Source of the DNA: Laetmonice hystrix
Taxonomy: Eukaryota
Assembly (NCBI GenBank): GCA_965235115.1
Contig: OZ249447.1
Span: 8,122,001 to 8,186,000 of the forward strand
DNA: 64,000 nucleotides
Direction of reading: 5' to 3'
Positions 1 to 13,700 of the stretch are shown one piece after another. A program made the translations under genes and the position numbers. Position 1 is the first letter of the stretch. Every line of letters begins with the position of its first letter. The notes under the pieces are model-generated. The model saw nothing but the letters and a program-made list of their open reading frames with translations. It was not told where the DNA came from and did no database searches.

Positions 1-728
1 TCATAGCACCTCACGGGACGGACCATTCCCCACCATCACAAGGGTTATGTAAGTAGTAGCTCATAGCACCTCATAGTTAAGTTATACTGCCTCATAGTGT
101 TAAGTCACACGGACTCATAGCTAATACCGCCTCATAGTTAGCTAAGTCCTTGGTCACCATACCTCCTCTTTACTAACGCGTGGGGACAGTAAGTTGGCGA
201 ATCCATCCAATTCTTATACATTAAAGCCAGCACCAAACAATGAAAACCAATAAAATCTCTACTTTATTTCCGGATTTGACTCGATTGCCTACTTTTTTTC
301 TTCATTCGTTGGTTTGTTCATTTTGAGAACAATCCTTTCTCGCCGTTCCCAACACGGTGGCCCCATAAAAACATGCTCGACGATCGAGTCTCCCCAACCC
401 GTGCCAAGTGGCTCTCGCTCACACCCTGGCTCTCATCAATTTCAGGTGTCTGGCGTTTTTGAGAGGCCAATTATGGAAGCTGGCGACTGAGAGCTGGTCT
501 TCCAATAATTACCAGGAATTTTCTACCAGAGAAGCGATGCTATCAGGTGTTCCCAGGGACCCTGAAGTGGGGAGTGGGGAGGGGGGAGGGGGAGGGGGCA
601 GGGGGGAGGGGGCAGGGGTGGCCTGGTAGACAGATTGACTCTTTTTCCTTCAGTTCCGGGAATGAAATCGTTATACCTTCGGTTTGTGTGTACTTGATTT
701 AATCTAAGGTTACAAATCAGTGGCTGCG

Positions 729-1301
729 AGACTCTCCCAAACTGTGGACCATCTCTATGTTCAGACTCTCCCAAACTGTGGACCATCTCTATGTTCAGAC
801 TCTCCCAAACTGTGGACCATCTCTATGTTCAGACTCTCCCAAACTGTGGACCATCTCTATGTTCAGACTCTCCCAAACTGTGGACCATCTCTATGTTCAG
901 ACTCTCCCAAACTGTGGACCATCTCTATGTTCAGACTCTCCCAAACTGTGGACCATCTCTATGTTCAGACTCTCCCAAACTGTGGACCATCTCTATGTTC
1001 AGACTCTCCCAAACTGTGGACCATCTCTATGTTCAGACTCTCCCAAACTGTGGACCATCTCTATGTTCAGACTCTCCCAAACTGTGGACCATCTCTATGT
1101 TCAGACTCTCCCAAACTGTGGACCATCTCTATGTTCAGACTCTCCCAAACTGTTGACCATCTCTATGTTCAGACTCTCCCAAACTGTGGACCATCTCTAT
1201 GTTCAGACTCTCCCAAACTGTGGACCATCTCTATGTTCAGACTCTCCCAAACTGTGGACCATCTCTATGTTCAGACTCTCCCTGTGGACCATCTCTATGT
1301 T
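729..1301. repeat. 34-bp minisatellite, about 17 copies (CAGACTCTCCCAAACTGTGGACCATCTCTATGTT)
   Basis: Direct reading; one G>T variant near 1154 and a truncated last unit. Confidence 0.98.
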
Positions 1302-1646
1302 TACTACTGACTGTAAACTACTGGGGTAAAGGCCAAGTCTGGGGAGAGGTACGCAGGGGAGATATTCGAGAATTGTCATTGATCACTGTAAACCTATCGA
1401 TTCCCTCATCCAGTACAGACGCGCAATTTGGTCAAAATATCAGTGAGAATTATAATCGGCACTTGAACCTTGCAAACCACATGGCAGGTTGATATTTTCA
1501 GACATGGTTGACAGCAAAACCTAAACATATCTTTTTGTTGTGTGTGATAGAATGAAAGTGAAGAGAGGACATCCAGAGTGTGAGAAAGCATGCACATTAA
1601 CAGACAGGATCAGTGCGGACAGTGACTGACTGAGTGAGAGACTTAC

Positions 1647-1752
1647 CTCAAGTGTGAAGGAGAGCACAACATCAAGCTTGGACAGTGCCGGATCGTTATC
1701 CTCGGACACCTCCATCTTGGAGATTGATGAATAGCTGGGGTTGTGGTGCGCC
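1647..1752 (-). CDS. CADPS: CADPS coding exon 4, start of the C2 region ([35 protein letters not shown])
   Basis: 106 nt; acceptor tgtgtttgtgttaacag, donor GAG|gtaagt; phase 2-0. Confidence 0.93.
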
Positions 1753-4700
1753 CTGTTAACACAAACACAAACACACTACAGCTCACAGCCTCCTCCTCCT
1801 CCTCCTCCTCCTCCTCCTCCTCCTCCTCCTCCTCCTCCTCCTCCTCCATCTTCTTCCTCCACCCACCGAGCCTATGATCCCTTCATCCCAGTAGGACAGA
1901 CGAGACCAACAAACCAATAGTACTCAACACTGGAAACCTTGACATATCATGTACACTCAAATCAAAGTAGATCTATGTGATATGGGAATCATAGATTGAT
2001 AAACTCTAAAGCCAAAGTTAGGATCACCAAATCATTATTCTCCTGGGATAGGACAGTGGTGTGTTTATCAATAACTGTACCACGACATCAACTCTACTGT
2101 AGACACTCCACACCTCGCCTACATTTCGGCTCAGTACCAACTGGGTTTTTTTAATAGTGACCTGTGACCCTCCCTCTCCACCGTATTGGTTAACGCTAAT
2201 GTATCAGCTAGTCGAGCTAATTACTTAATAAGTTGTTATTGCTTACTTAGTCCGCATTTCACTCGATTACATCTATGTGATAATCCTATATGTTAGACTT
2301 TCTATAACGGTATAGCTATGTTATATGTATAAGATGTTAGTATTGTTTTCTCATCCCCTGTTGACATCAACTGATTGTTTTTACTTAGACTTATGGAAAT
2401 TGTAGACAATGTTGGAGTCCACAAAGTGTATCTCTACCGGTGTTTTGAGCCTCCCTTTAGGGTGTCCGACAGGTAAAGAAGACTGTGTTGAGGTGTGATA
2501 TTATGTCCATGTCTCCGGGGATAGATGCTATTAGCTCACAGTTACATACGTCGATGGATACGATAGTCAATGTAAACTTTTCTCTGTTTTTCAAAGGAAG
2601 GCCACTTGCAGCGTAAGATCATGATGTTAACCAACATTTTTTCCTTCTCCACCCCGGATTCATAGCCACCGGTTGCTATATAGTTTATGAGACTATCCCT
2701 AACGGAGGTTGGTGCTGTATATAAACATTTTCCTTCTGTTATTATTATACGTACTGAAAGCTAAAATTGGCTTCGAGATGTCAAGGACAATGTAGAAAAG
2801 GTTGCGACAGTTGGCAGAAGACTGGAGTTTCTGTAGGTCAAATATTCCCATGGCAAGGTGGCAGTAAGCATCTGAAGAGACACTTGAGAAATCTGTTCAG
2901 ACAGCCAGACCTGCTCTCCCTTTAATGTAGGCCTCCATTCAATCTATGAGGAATGACTGAACTGAACCATGCTTACTGGGAAATCAGAATATTACACAAC
3001 GGTCACTTCTCAAAGGTAAGTGTCAACTTTAATACGTGTGCCATGTCGCACGCGTCCAAGGATAACAAGTCAGTGCTCCCTACACCGAATCCCATTCACT
3101 GGAAGCGTCAAAACTATAAAAAAACAGGGAAAAACTGAAACCAAAAACTGGAACTACAGAGGCAGGTTGCTGAGTTAGAGCGCTCGTCCACTCTACTTCT
3201 CACGCTGAACCTTTCTATAACTTAGCGTGTGCCAGGCACGTCAGAAAGCGAAAAACTATTAAAAAGAAATTATAAAAGCGTTGCGCGTCACGCGTTGGAC
3301 TTTGTCCCCCTTTTTTCAGAATTCAAAGAGAAGCTTTACATGTTACTCAAGGCTCATTTCACTGGAATTTAATTTTCTCTGGCGTTGATCTGTGAAAGGA
3401 AGGTATAATTAAATTTAAGACCCATCTATCAAAATTTGATTTAATCTTAACAAGTAAAACAGGTTTTTACTAGCACTATATTCAGAATGAGATGTTTTGA
3501 CATTTCTGACACTGAAAGGGACGTCCTGGGGTGGAAAAAGAAGAAGCTAAGAGTTCAGTACGCATACGAAGCAGTTATTGTTCTAAACCAGCTCCACATG
3601 TATAGTCACTGAGTAGAAAATTTTAAAAAATACATATACTTGAGTTGCTTGGTCTGCCACATGTGTGCCAGTGTTCCAGGAACAGCATGCAACATGTTCA
3701 CTGTCAACATCCTGAAAACAGATGAAGGGGACCGTGTCTAGGAACAGGTGAGGTTAGAGGACAAATGCTTCTCTGGGTGTTTACAAGACCTACCTCTTAA
3801 AGTAAAGAAAACGGCAATTTGTAAATCTCAACTAATATGATCCAATCCAGGGAAAGAAGCGAAAACAGAAATAAAATCGATACAGGGTACATGTATTTCC
3901 AAGTGCTATTGAGGTCGTTTTCCTGATTTTCATGTGCTAGAGAGTTTACTTTCCTGATTTTCAAGTAACTTCACTTTCCTGATTTTCATGTGCTACAGAG
4001 TTTACTTTCCTGACTTTCTTGATTTTCATGTGCAAGAGAGTTCACTTTTCTCATTTTCATGTGCTAGAGAGTTCACTTTCCTGATTTTCAAGTAACTTCA
4101 CTTTCCTGATTTTCATGTGCTAGAGTTCACTTTCCTGATTTTCATGTTCTGTAGAGGTCATGTTCCTGATTTTCAGGGAATTACTGTAGGGGTACAGTTA
4201 GATATAAAACTGGCTTAGATGGAGAGTGGAACGTTCCGGACAGGTCTGATCGTGTAAGTATAGAGGTCCTCATGTCAGTACATGGGATACCGACAGCTGG
4301 GGACTGCCTCATTGTCGTTTATCATCATTGTGATAGCAAAATTAACATTGTCCTCACTTTCTTACAAAAAGATTGGCGCATGGCGTCAATGTGAAGAGCA
4401 TTAGTTTGAGCCACTACACATGGTGCCAATTCTGTAAAACAAAGGTTACCGGTAGTTTAATAAAATACCAAAAAAATAAATGCCGTTTCCATACAGGCTA
4501 CTTACCAGACAAGCCAGATCGAACGAAGGGCCAAGTTCAGCTTTGTCAGGTAATTTTTGTGGATAGAATTACAAGCCAACGTTACATAAACTAGACTGAG
4601 CTGAAGACCGTGGCCGCGAGCCAGGCTCCAGTACGTGGCACGCCATACGGCTGTGCTATCTGAGACATATACCACTGACACACTTACCTGTTGTACCTCT

Positions 4701-7700
4701 TGAGCTTCTGCAGAGAGTACTTGGAGTCAGTAGATCCTTTGGATACTGGCAGACTCTCTAGATTAGCCATGAGCAGATTGATTGATGACTTCAGTTCCTC
4801 AACATACATTGACTCCATCTCCTTCACAACAAACTTGGGGAACCTCCTCATCTGTTGGGGGAAAGATTCAAAGACAAAACTTTGTTAGTATACCATGATT
4901 CTGACAGCTGACAACCGAGATACATTCTTATTGCGTTGAGCGTAACCACCTGTTCGTGCAAGCGAGTTCTTTTTCGAATATGAGTTAATGTTTCAGTTAT
5001 GAGTAAGAATTAAGTTCTACTGATACCAAACAAGTAAACAGTAATAATGACAGAAATACTAATTTATCTTGAGCAATCTGAGTTTCTAATGGGGTTTTCA
5101 GGTGGACTTCCAGAGTCAAGACAGGCGACATTTGTAAAGCCAGTCGTTTTTGCTCACTGTTCGCCTAAGGCACACATTTAATAATTTATAATTATATAAC
5201 TTTTGGCTCCATAAAACTTCTTGCCAGACTTCATTTGGACACTATTTCTCTCCACTGAATGTAGGTCACAGCAACAATATACAAAATATTAAATCTTAGG
5301 CCAACTCCTTTCACGTTTCTAGAGCTTGTCCTTACTCGTACTAGATGTCAAATCATTTTGTTTTATAGTTATCTGTCTGTGCATGGCTAGCAAAGAATGG
5401 GTTGGCAATCAATGGAACTGGTCAATATGACTAGTGTGGCCTGACCGAGTGGTCCCTGTGGGTCTCTGATCGCAAGTATGGGTCCACTTCGTTCACATCA
5501 CCACAATGTCTGGTCCATTTAAAGGACAGCACGTAGATTATTGCAATGTTCATCTAAATAAAGGCCACAGCAGTCAGTCATTACTCCTGCTTACTGCCAA
5601 GTCTAGCCGTATTAGCAATTGGCTCTCAGCAATGGACAGAAAATGCCTACAAGATGCACAGCATATCATCAGATGCAGAGGAAGAATATGAAGCAAGTCA
5701 CAATGCCCATACCCAAAGTTACAGCATGGTAGTCGACTTTAACCACCAGCCTTCAGAGCTAGATGAAGTGCTCATGTATAATTATATACGCATACAAACA
5801 TAATATGTAACAAAAGGGTTCGGTAATATAGGTTCGGAGGTAGGATAGGTGTGCCCGTACAACATTCAGAAACAGAGGCAGACAGATTGATTGGCTCCAA
5901 GCAGGTGGAGACCACGGAGGGTGTCAATACGGTAGTAGGCGGAGGTTAGAAGGTAGAGATAAAGGCATAGCAAACACTTCCAACTTGAGCACGGAGTCAG
6001 TATGGACAGAGCGACATGTATCAACGTACCACACCGAATAGTGGAAGGTGTGTGTGAGAGAGACATCACGAACCTTGTGTATTATACGTTATACATACAT
6101 GTACAACTCTATGTACCAATGCATATCTGATGCAAATATCAAGTATGGATAAAGGTAGAGTTTAGAAAAAAAAAACGCCATCTAAAGCTTTATTGGGATC
6201 AAAAGGCAAAGTTGGCTGGAGGTAATCCAATGAGGTAGCCATTGAACCATAACACTGCATGTAGACAAAGACAAACGTTGAGAGTGGTAGAGATTGACTG
6301 GAGGAGTGCCACATATAAGTGTGTTGTGTGAGTCTACCTTGAGGTCGCCAAGAGTGGGTCGGCCTTGGAGTCTACCGCCGGCTGACGACGGTCCATATCG
6401 GCCTACCAAACTCACTTCATATACCCGACACAGCGGGCCGCTTGGCCCACCCAGCCTACTGCACGCTGATCATCGCTCCACGCCTCTTATTTAGTTTTCA
6501 ACGTTTTACTTTAAAAACACATGGAAATTCTACCAGGGCCCACAGGCAATGTTCGCCAAAAGGAGCAAAAATATTTTTAAAAACACCCTGCAGATAAATT
6601 AAAAATTTTATGAAGGGGTATCCAAATCTCTTTATCATCCATCGGAAACATTTAGGTGAACAAAAAGGTTTGATAAGTGATATTTTCATCTCCGCACATG
6701 CCTTTAGATAAACATTAATTCTAGCACTGCTTACGTAAATTATAAATGTTGATGGAATAGTACTGGCAATTGCAAAGTAAAGCAAATGAAAAAATATCAT
6801 TTTTTTCACAAATATACCGGTAAATATTTCCTTTGAATTAGAATTCGCGAACAGAGCCATGTGTGGGTGCTGACAGAATTCCATTTCTAATCAGCTCTGG
6901 GAGAAACCAGTCATAATCACGTTCAAACTGAGTAGTCTATTAAAATCTGAACAAAGCAGAAATCCGACATCTTTTGACCATTATGTCAATTTCTGGAATA
7001 ACTGTCCAACCAAATACCCTTAATAAACTGGAATTACTGTCTACCCGAATACCATTAATAGACTGGAATCAGATTATTTAAAATTAGTGAATATCTGTCA
7101 CATTTCTTCCAGAGCTTTTCTATGGGACTAGACTACGGAGATAAGGAAACGCTCTATGTACCTTGGCGCCTACCTTAGCCATCGCTTCAGCGGTGTGCAG
7201 ACGGGAGTCAAGTTCTCTCCGAACTTGTGCTGCCTGTTCGTCCGCATTGTCCAACTACAAACACAGAAACAGTGGCCAAAACCACACGGTCAGTTACCAT
7301 TGAATGAGTGCTACAAAACAAAGCATAGAGACACCACCCGCTAGCTTCGTAAAGAACGAGCATATACCGGTAAGAGTTGCTCACGGGACTGAACAAACTA
7401 AGTCATGTAGGCCACTGGTTTTATTTTGAGGTTCTCATTTTGGTTCTGTCTTTTATATATCCTCCCGTTTCATTATTTAGTCTCGATATTAGCCCAATCC
7501 ATGTATTTACAATTACTCTACACCTATTTCCACTTCCACTAGCCAGAAAGTCAGAATTTTCTAGCCTTTTCTCTTTTTTGGAGAGTGGCCCTTATTTCGC
7601 TGGCAGAAGAGAATTCAGTTAAACATGACTACTAAACGTACCCAACCGTACTATTAAATCTAGGCTAGATGGTACCATATACTAATCTTTTATAATGGGA

Positions 7701-10700
7701 TCTTTTTAATGGATTATGCTCGACACTGATACACTGACTAAAGGTTATCTTTTCAGCTCAATCTGTCTGTCTGTCTGTTCACAAGATATCTTAAAAACTA
7801 ATGAACAGATTTTCCTGAAACTTTCAAGTATGATTGAGCTCGTGCCAGAGAACAATTGATTATATTTGGGGGACGATCCGTATGTTTTCGTGAATCATTT
7901 TCCATTTCTTCACCATTGCGAGATCGGCCAAAATGTAGGACTGCTCGGCTTGGCGGAGGTATGTGCTCTAGCTGAGCGCCCTCAAGTTCCCAGTAAATCA
8001 GCCTGTGACATCGTTACATATTTAACTGAATACTCAAACCGACCGGATTCTACCTCAATAATAAACGACCACCTGCAGAACTGACTGAACGCACAAATCT
8101 TTCTGATATTAGACAACCAGATAATGTTAGCCTGGCAACTTCCACAAAGAATTTATCGTTGGAAATGTCTCAAATATAAATGTGCATTAGCAATCAAGCC
8201 ATTTTATATAACCAACGCCTGAATACCGTACATCAATTTCTGATTATTTTGAGCTCTTTCTCAGTAGATGAGGACTAACACAAATAATATAATGAATATA
8301 AGTACGGCACAATTTTAGCATCCCAAAGAAACCTTTATATAATGCATGGTGTTCAAGGCATGCTCTCTCATTAACATACCGGGTAGTTCCGACAATGTTC
8401 TTTTTGTCGCCCGCATAATGAAAGCTGTGAGATTGTTGCAGAGATTAATATGACAGCAATGATAGTGTGGTGTTTAGAGTGTTTATTCTGGATATACCAA
8501 CCCAAGCCAACTGTCTCCGATCTCCTGAGGTACGCTCCCGGCAGTTCTCTCAGTATTACTGACTACTGAGTTACAAAATGTTTTAGCACTCACAGCAGTT
8601 CTCTCAGTACATGTATTACTGAGTTACAAAATCTTTTAGCACTCACAGCAGTTCTCTCAGCAGTATTTCTGAGTTATAAAATGTTATATCACACTGGCCT
8701 CATTCAGACTGTCATCTTGTGATAAATACAATTTGGAAAACTAGGAATAATTTAACCATTCCTACAGAAGCAAAAACAATACGCAAACAAAAACTAAATA
8801 TATAAGAAGCTTTTAATGAATTAAGAAACATTATCCCACTTGAAATTGAACTTGATTGATTCCATTTTTAGCCTGAAGACTCCTATTGTTCCAGTTGTTT
8901 TTCATCATCTGTTCAAACTTCTTTGCCTCAGTCTTTCGGTAAGGTTGCCTTTACATTATGGTTTGATGAAATGGGAAAGTATTATAATATTTAATTTCTA
9001 AGCAAATTTCTTCTGTTTAATAGTATACCTACTTATGAATGGTGCACACCGCTTCATTATCTTGAACTACAAGTTTGAGGTAGAGTGCAGTATAGTTTTA
9101 TTTCCCGCCATTTACAGTTGGAATTCAGGGAAAAAAAGAAAGAGAGGGAAGAATCTGAAATCGTCGGTGGGTGATCTAAACTTGAACACTCCTAGAGAAA
9201 TCTTCAAGGTGTTGTCCTATGGCACGCGTACCGTCCCGGAACGGTCGTATACGTCCGGCAGGTGTAGCACCCCTGGCGCCACCTTGTGGTGCTAACCTGC
9301 AGTCTCAGTCAGGTGTGGCTCCCAATTAGCGGGACCGTTAATTGGAAGCACCACCATGTAAATATTTACACTGGTTGTATATAGAAAGACAATCATAGCA
9401 ACATACACGTCAGCTATATGAATTCCACAGGTCTATGGATTTATCTATAGTTTGTGTTTTGGGGGGATTTTTTTCTGGTTCAAATCTTTTTAAAAACGCC
9501 GGCGATATTATCCTCGGATCACAAGCAGATCGACGACTCTCATTAAAGACGTGATCTCATCAAAGCTACGGCTAATGCTGGGGGGTAATAAGAGATGGGA
9601 GGGGAAGGTAAGGGTGGTTGATGCGGCAGGGGGTAAGAGATGGGAGGGGGGGGGGTACGAGGTGGATGGGATGTTGTCTGATGTGTGTACCACCACTATA
9701 GTACAATGTATGTAAACCCTGGATATGACGTTCCCAAGGGTCATGTAGCCGGCACAATCCAAGTTAACACTGGGGTTCCCCCAGTGATACTGCCAGCAGA
9801 CAACAGTCAGATGTAGCATCTGATAATACGATGTCCCCTCGGCTGACAAACGTTTCCAATATCTCCGCAATCCATGATCTTCATGGATCCACAGTCCAGA
9901 CTCGATGAAAGTCTTTTGTCCGAAATGCTATCACAAACCGCACGGATCATATTTGAAGAGTGATGTTGTACTTGCTCATAGTTATAATCTTTCCTTTTCC
10001 CAATCCATCAAAATGTCATATTCTAAAAGATCTAACTTAATTCTATCTAATAAAAGGGTACACGTTTTCCGACGGGGTTTAATATAAAATGAACCTAACA
10101 AGTTTTATTCTGTTTATTAGTAAACTTCTGCATTAAAACAGACACGTCGTGGATCATTTGGATAAATATGGAAGCATCGCAACTATTCCCTGCTGAATCC
10201 GTGTTATTATCCCACGGCTGCCGTAGTTATTAAACCTGTGGTCGAGGGATGACGGCTTTCAGCATCTTAATGCAGCCCACCAAGTGAATTATCTCTACAG
10301 CGTCCTCCGAAGATGTTTGCAGAGCCAGTACTAAAACCGGGATAACCACAGCATACCTGTACGATGAGGATGGCATGCTTACGGTGTATAACCGTGCACT
10401 ATCACATAACTTGGCTGTACAATCGGCATGCCGGAACAGTTCACTATCAAAATGTATGCCCGCACCATCCGTACAACTTCAGGTTGCCTCCCAGCAGTGC
10501 AATATATTGCTTCCCGTTCAATTTAAGATTTCCCCTTAACACCCCCCCCCCCCTCCCCATCCGCCAAATATGACTATTTACTGGCCGCCAGATTAGTGGT
10601 TCCCAATCACAATCTGCTTGCTATGGTGGAATGATGTTAGCTCAACAAGGCTCAGTGGTGGAGAGAAAACTTCCACCTTACGTCTGATCGCCCGCGACNN

Positions 10701-13700
10701 NNNNNNNNNNNNNNNNNNNNNNNNNNNNNNNNNNNNNNNNNNNNNNNNNNNNNNNNNNNNNNNNNNNNNNNNNNNNNNNNNNNNNNNNNNNNNNNNNNNN
10801 NNNNNNNNNNNNNNNNNNNNNNNNNNNNNNNNNNNNNNNNNNNNNNNNNNNNNNNNNNNNNNNNNNNNNNNNNNNNNNNNNNNNNNNNNNNNNNNNTCAA
10901 TTACACATTGTCTCCTCAGCTGGTTATGAATCCGGCTCCGTGACTGTCTGACTCCACTTGGATGGAGCCCTGTCACACCGTCACGATGAAAACAACAGAT
11001 CTCTGTACTTAATGGTCCCATACATTGTCTGGTTATGAATCCGGCTCCGTGACTGTCTGACTCCACTTGGATGGAGCTCTGTCACACCGTCACGATGAAA
11101 ACAACAGATCTCTGTACTTCATGGTCCCATACATTGTCTGGTTATGAATACGGCTCCGTGACTGTCTTGACTCCACTTGGATGGAGCCCTGTCACACCGT
11201 CACGATGAAAACAACAGATCTCCGTACTTCATGGTCCTATATACTCGGGACGATATGCCTTATACAAGCCGACTCATTACTACCACGGAAGAGCTGGTAT
11301 TCTTTACCATCTTTTTAAAAGAAGATAATATTGTTCAGATAAACATCAAATTGAGTATTTTTAATCTCAACCAATTTCAGTACAGATCATTTGTTATAAA
11401 TTATACAAATGTAGGTTCCTTAGCATCTTATGCCGTCCTTCTACACGTGTGCACCGCCATTTCTACGCCTGTCTTGTATCAGTCAATCGCTGTCTCACAA
11501 TGTGATTTAAAACTTCTAGTTACGCCGAGTGAACAGAACAAGATTATATCTCCCCTCCTTCTGTCTGTTCGACAATTGCAGCTGTCAAAGTTTTTCACGC
11601 GTCTATTCTTCAAAATGAATGTGGTCGGCACTTCCTCCTAGACTTTTCAACCCATGATGAGAAAACAGTTAATGCGATGTGTGAAGGAGTCGATGACGGG
11701 CGTTCTGCCTTCTAGCAGATACTTGTTACTGTACGTATGTACCGGTTTTTAGTTCGTCATTTTACCAATCTTAAGACTGGAATTTTAAGACTGACTTGTG
11801 TTATGGTCCCTCATTGGCTGACTTCATTTGAAGGACCAATCAGAAGCTCTGAAACAAGAGTTCAGTCTTAAGATTTGAATCTTAAGACTCGGTTTGCAAA
11901 CTAAAAACCGGGGCCAGGACTACTACTACATGTGTACGTCTACCTATCACGTAATGAAGTGAGTAACACTATTGGTGTTATGGCAAGGTACGCGTGAAAA
12001 ACTGTTATAAAGCCATACACTGCACTTCACGTCCATATTCAATTGGACAAACAGTTGAATTTCCTTACTTCTGATAAAGAGAGCAGATACCGGGTGGGAT
12101 TTAGACTTGATCACCAGTCCTAAGGGTCTGGTGATCGATACTAGGTCGGATTGTGAGTTATTACACAGGTAGCGTTCATGAACGTTGTGTAGATATATTC
12201 ACTGCTGCGTCATTATTACGTCATTATTATTATACATCATTATTCGACCAGCCTGGCTTATTTATCTAGTACACATTTAATTCACGATGTAAACTTCGAA
12301 ATTATAGATTTCTCTGCGAAATTCAATGACGGTTCGATTTCCCAGCCACGACCACCGTCACTCCACAGCTCTGTGGAGTAGTCGATTTCAAATTCTGAAT
12401 TTTTCATTTACCACTACGTAGTACACCATAAGTATTTAAGGACTCAAACGTGACTGCCAGCCAGTATATATTATACCCCTACCATCACATGATACTATTC
12501 TCAAATACATATCATGACAATTGAGGTTTTTCGCTCAGAAAGCGAGCCGAGTTGAGCGGGAGTGTATCCCCAATCATGCCAGGTGACCAGGTGAGCACAC
12601 CCATGCATTATTGATCGCCGTCTGGCAGGTAAGTTTTTTCTCTCTCTCTCTCTCTCTGGGTCTTTGTGTAAAGTACATCATCATTGATCTGTAGACGAGT
12701 GGAGAATCAAAGCCATGCTACTCGACGCGTGTTCATGGCTGGGTGTGTAAAGTTAGAGTTAGGTCGGGTTGTTGCTGGGAACCTTAGAAGGTGGTTCAGT
12801 AGTTGTAAGGGTGGTTGGTGGTGGCAGTGAGTAGTTGTTAGTCACTGAGCAGGTCTGCTGGGTCTATTGACGAGTCAGACGGTGGCTGGTAAACCAGCAC
12901 TGAGTGACACTGCACGATTCCCAACACTATTACCCGACCAGACCCTGTAAACCGGCCACGTCTGTGACATTTTGGAAATTTAAAAAAATCCAATCTTTAA
13001 TATTTGCTTGCTGTCCATCCGTGGTTCTGGAAATGGATTCTATGCTTTAAACTCAAAATCACACGAACACTACCGAACGAGCAAAGATCTAAGTAATATT
13101 TACTTTATCACTTCACTGAGGTGAACTGATTTCCCTCACGGCTACATACTCCTTCCAGCCATTTTCACATGAGAATTATGTTTTCTGTCAAAAGTAATTT
13201 AAAGACAGATCCTTGAATTCTGCTTTCTTATACTGGGTACATGACTTTACATGCACAGACCAGTACCTCCAGCAAGAGTTCTTTGACGGGTATTTGATAT
13301 AAATGGTTTGATATTTTGTTTATAGGTTATATGGTTCTTCACCCTCCATGTCAAATCAACGAGACTGAACTGAAGGAATACTGACCGACGAGATATTCAA
13401 CTTGACGGGCTTACCCTCTCCTCGTAATTAATCAGGAAGGTTTTACCAATGTCTGCCCCACCTGGGTTACAAATAGTCTCCACATTCTCAAATTTCCATG
13501 GCATTTAAATTTCACCCATAGATCTTTTAGTAATGAGGACCAAATAAGGACAGATTCAAAAAGGAAGTTATATTTCATAATTATCGTCATCGTTTTTCCT
13601 CCACCCGTGTCACTATCAATTAAAGCACACACACTGCCTGTGTCACATTTATACTCAGGCATGCTCCGCTGTACATAGTTTATACCTGTTGTCTCACCCT

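Noticed and set aside
569-621. G-quadruplex-forming tracts (also about 9590-9660, 17003-17058, 17320, 58650)
   Set aside because: Potential G4s are real in sequence but common; no strand bias or positional pattern supports a function.
720-1329. 190-196-aa repetitive ORFs in three plus frames
   Set aside because: The 34-bp unit simply lacks plus-strand stop codons; the same peptide appears in all frames and lies antisense inside a CADPS intron.
1643-1849. Poly-Glu ORF (MEEEE...)
   Set aside because: Microsatellite read-through, out of frame with CADPS exon 4.
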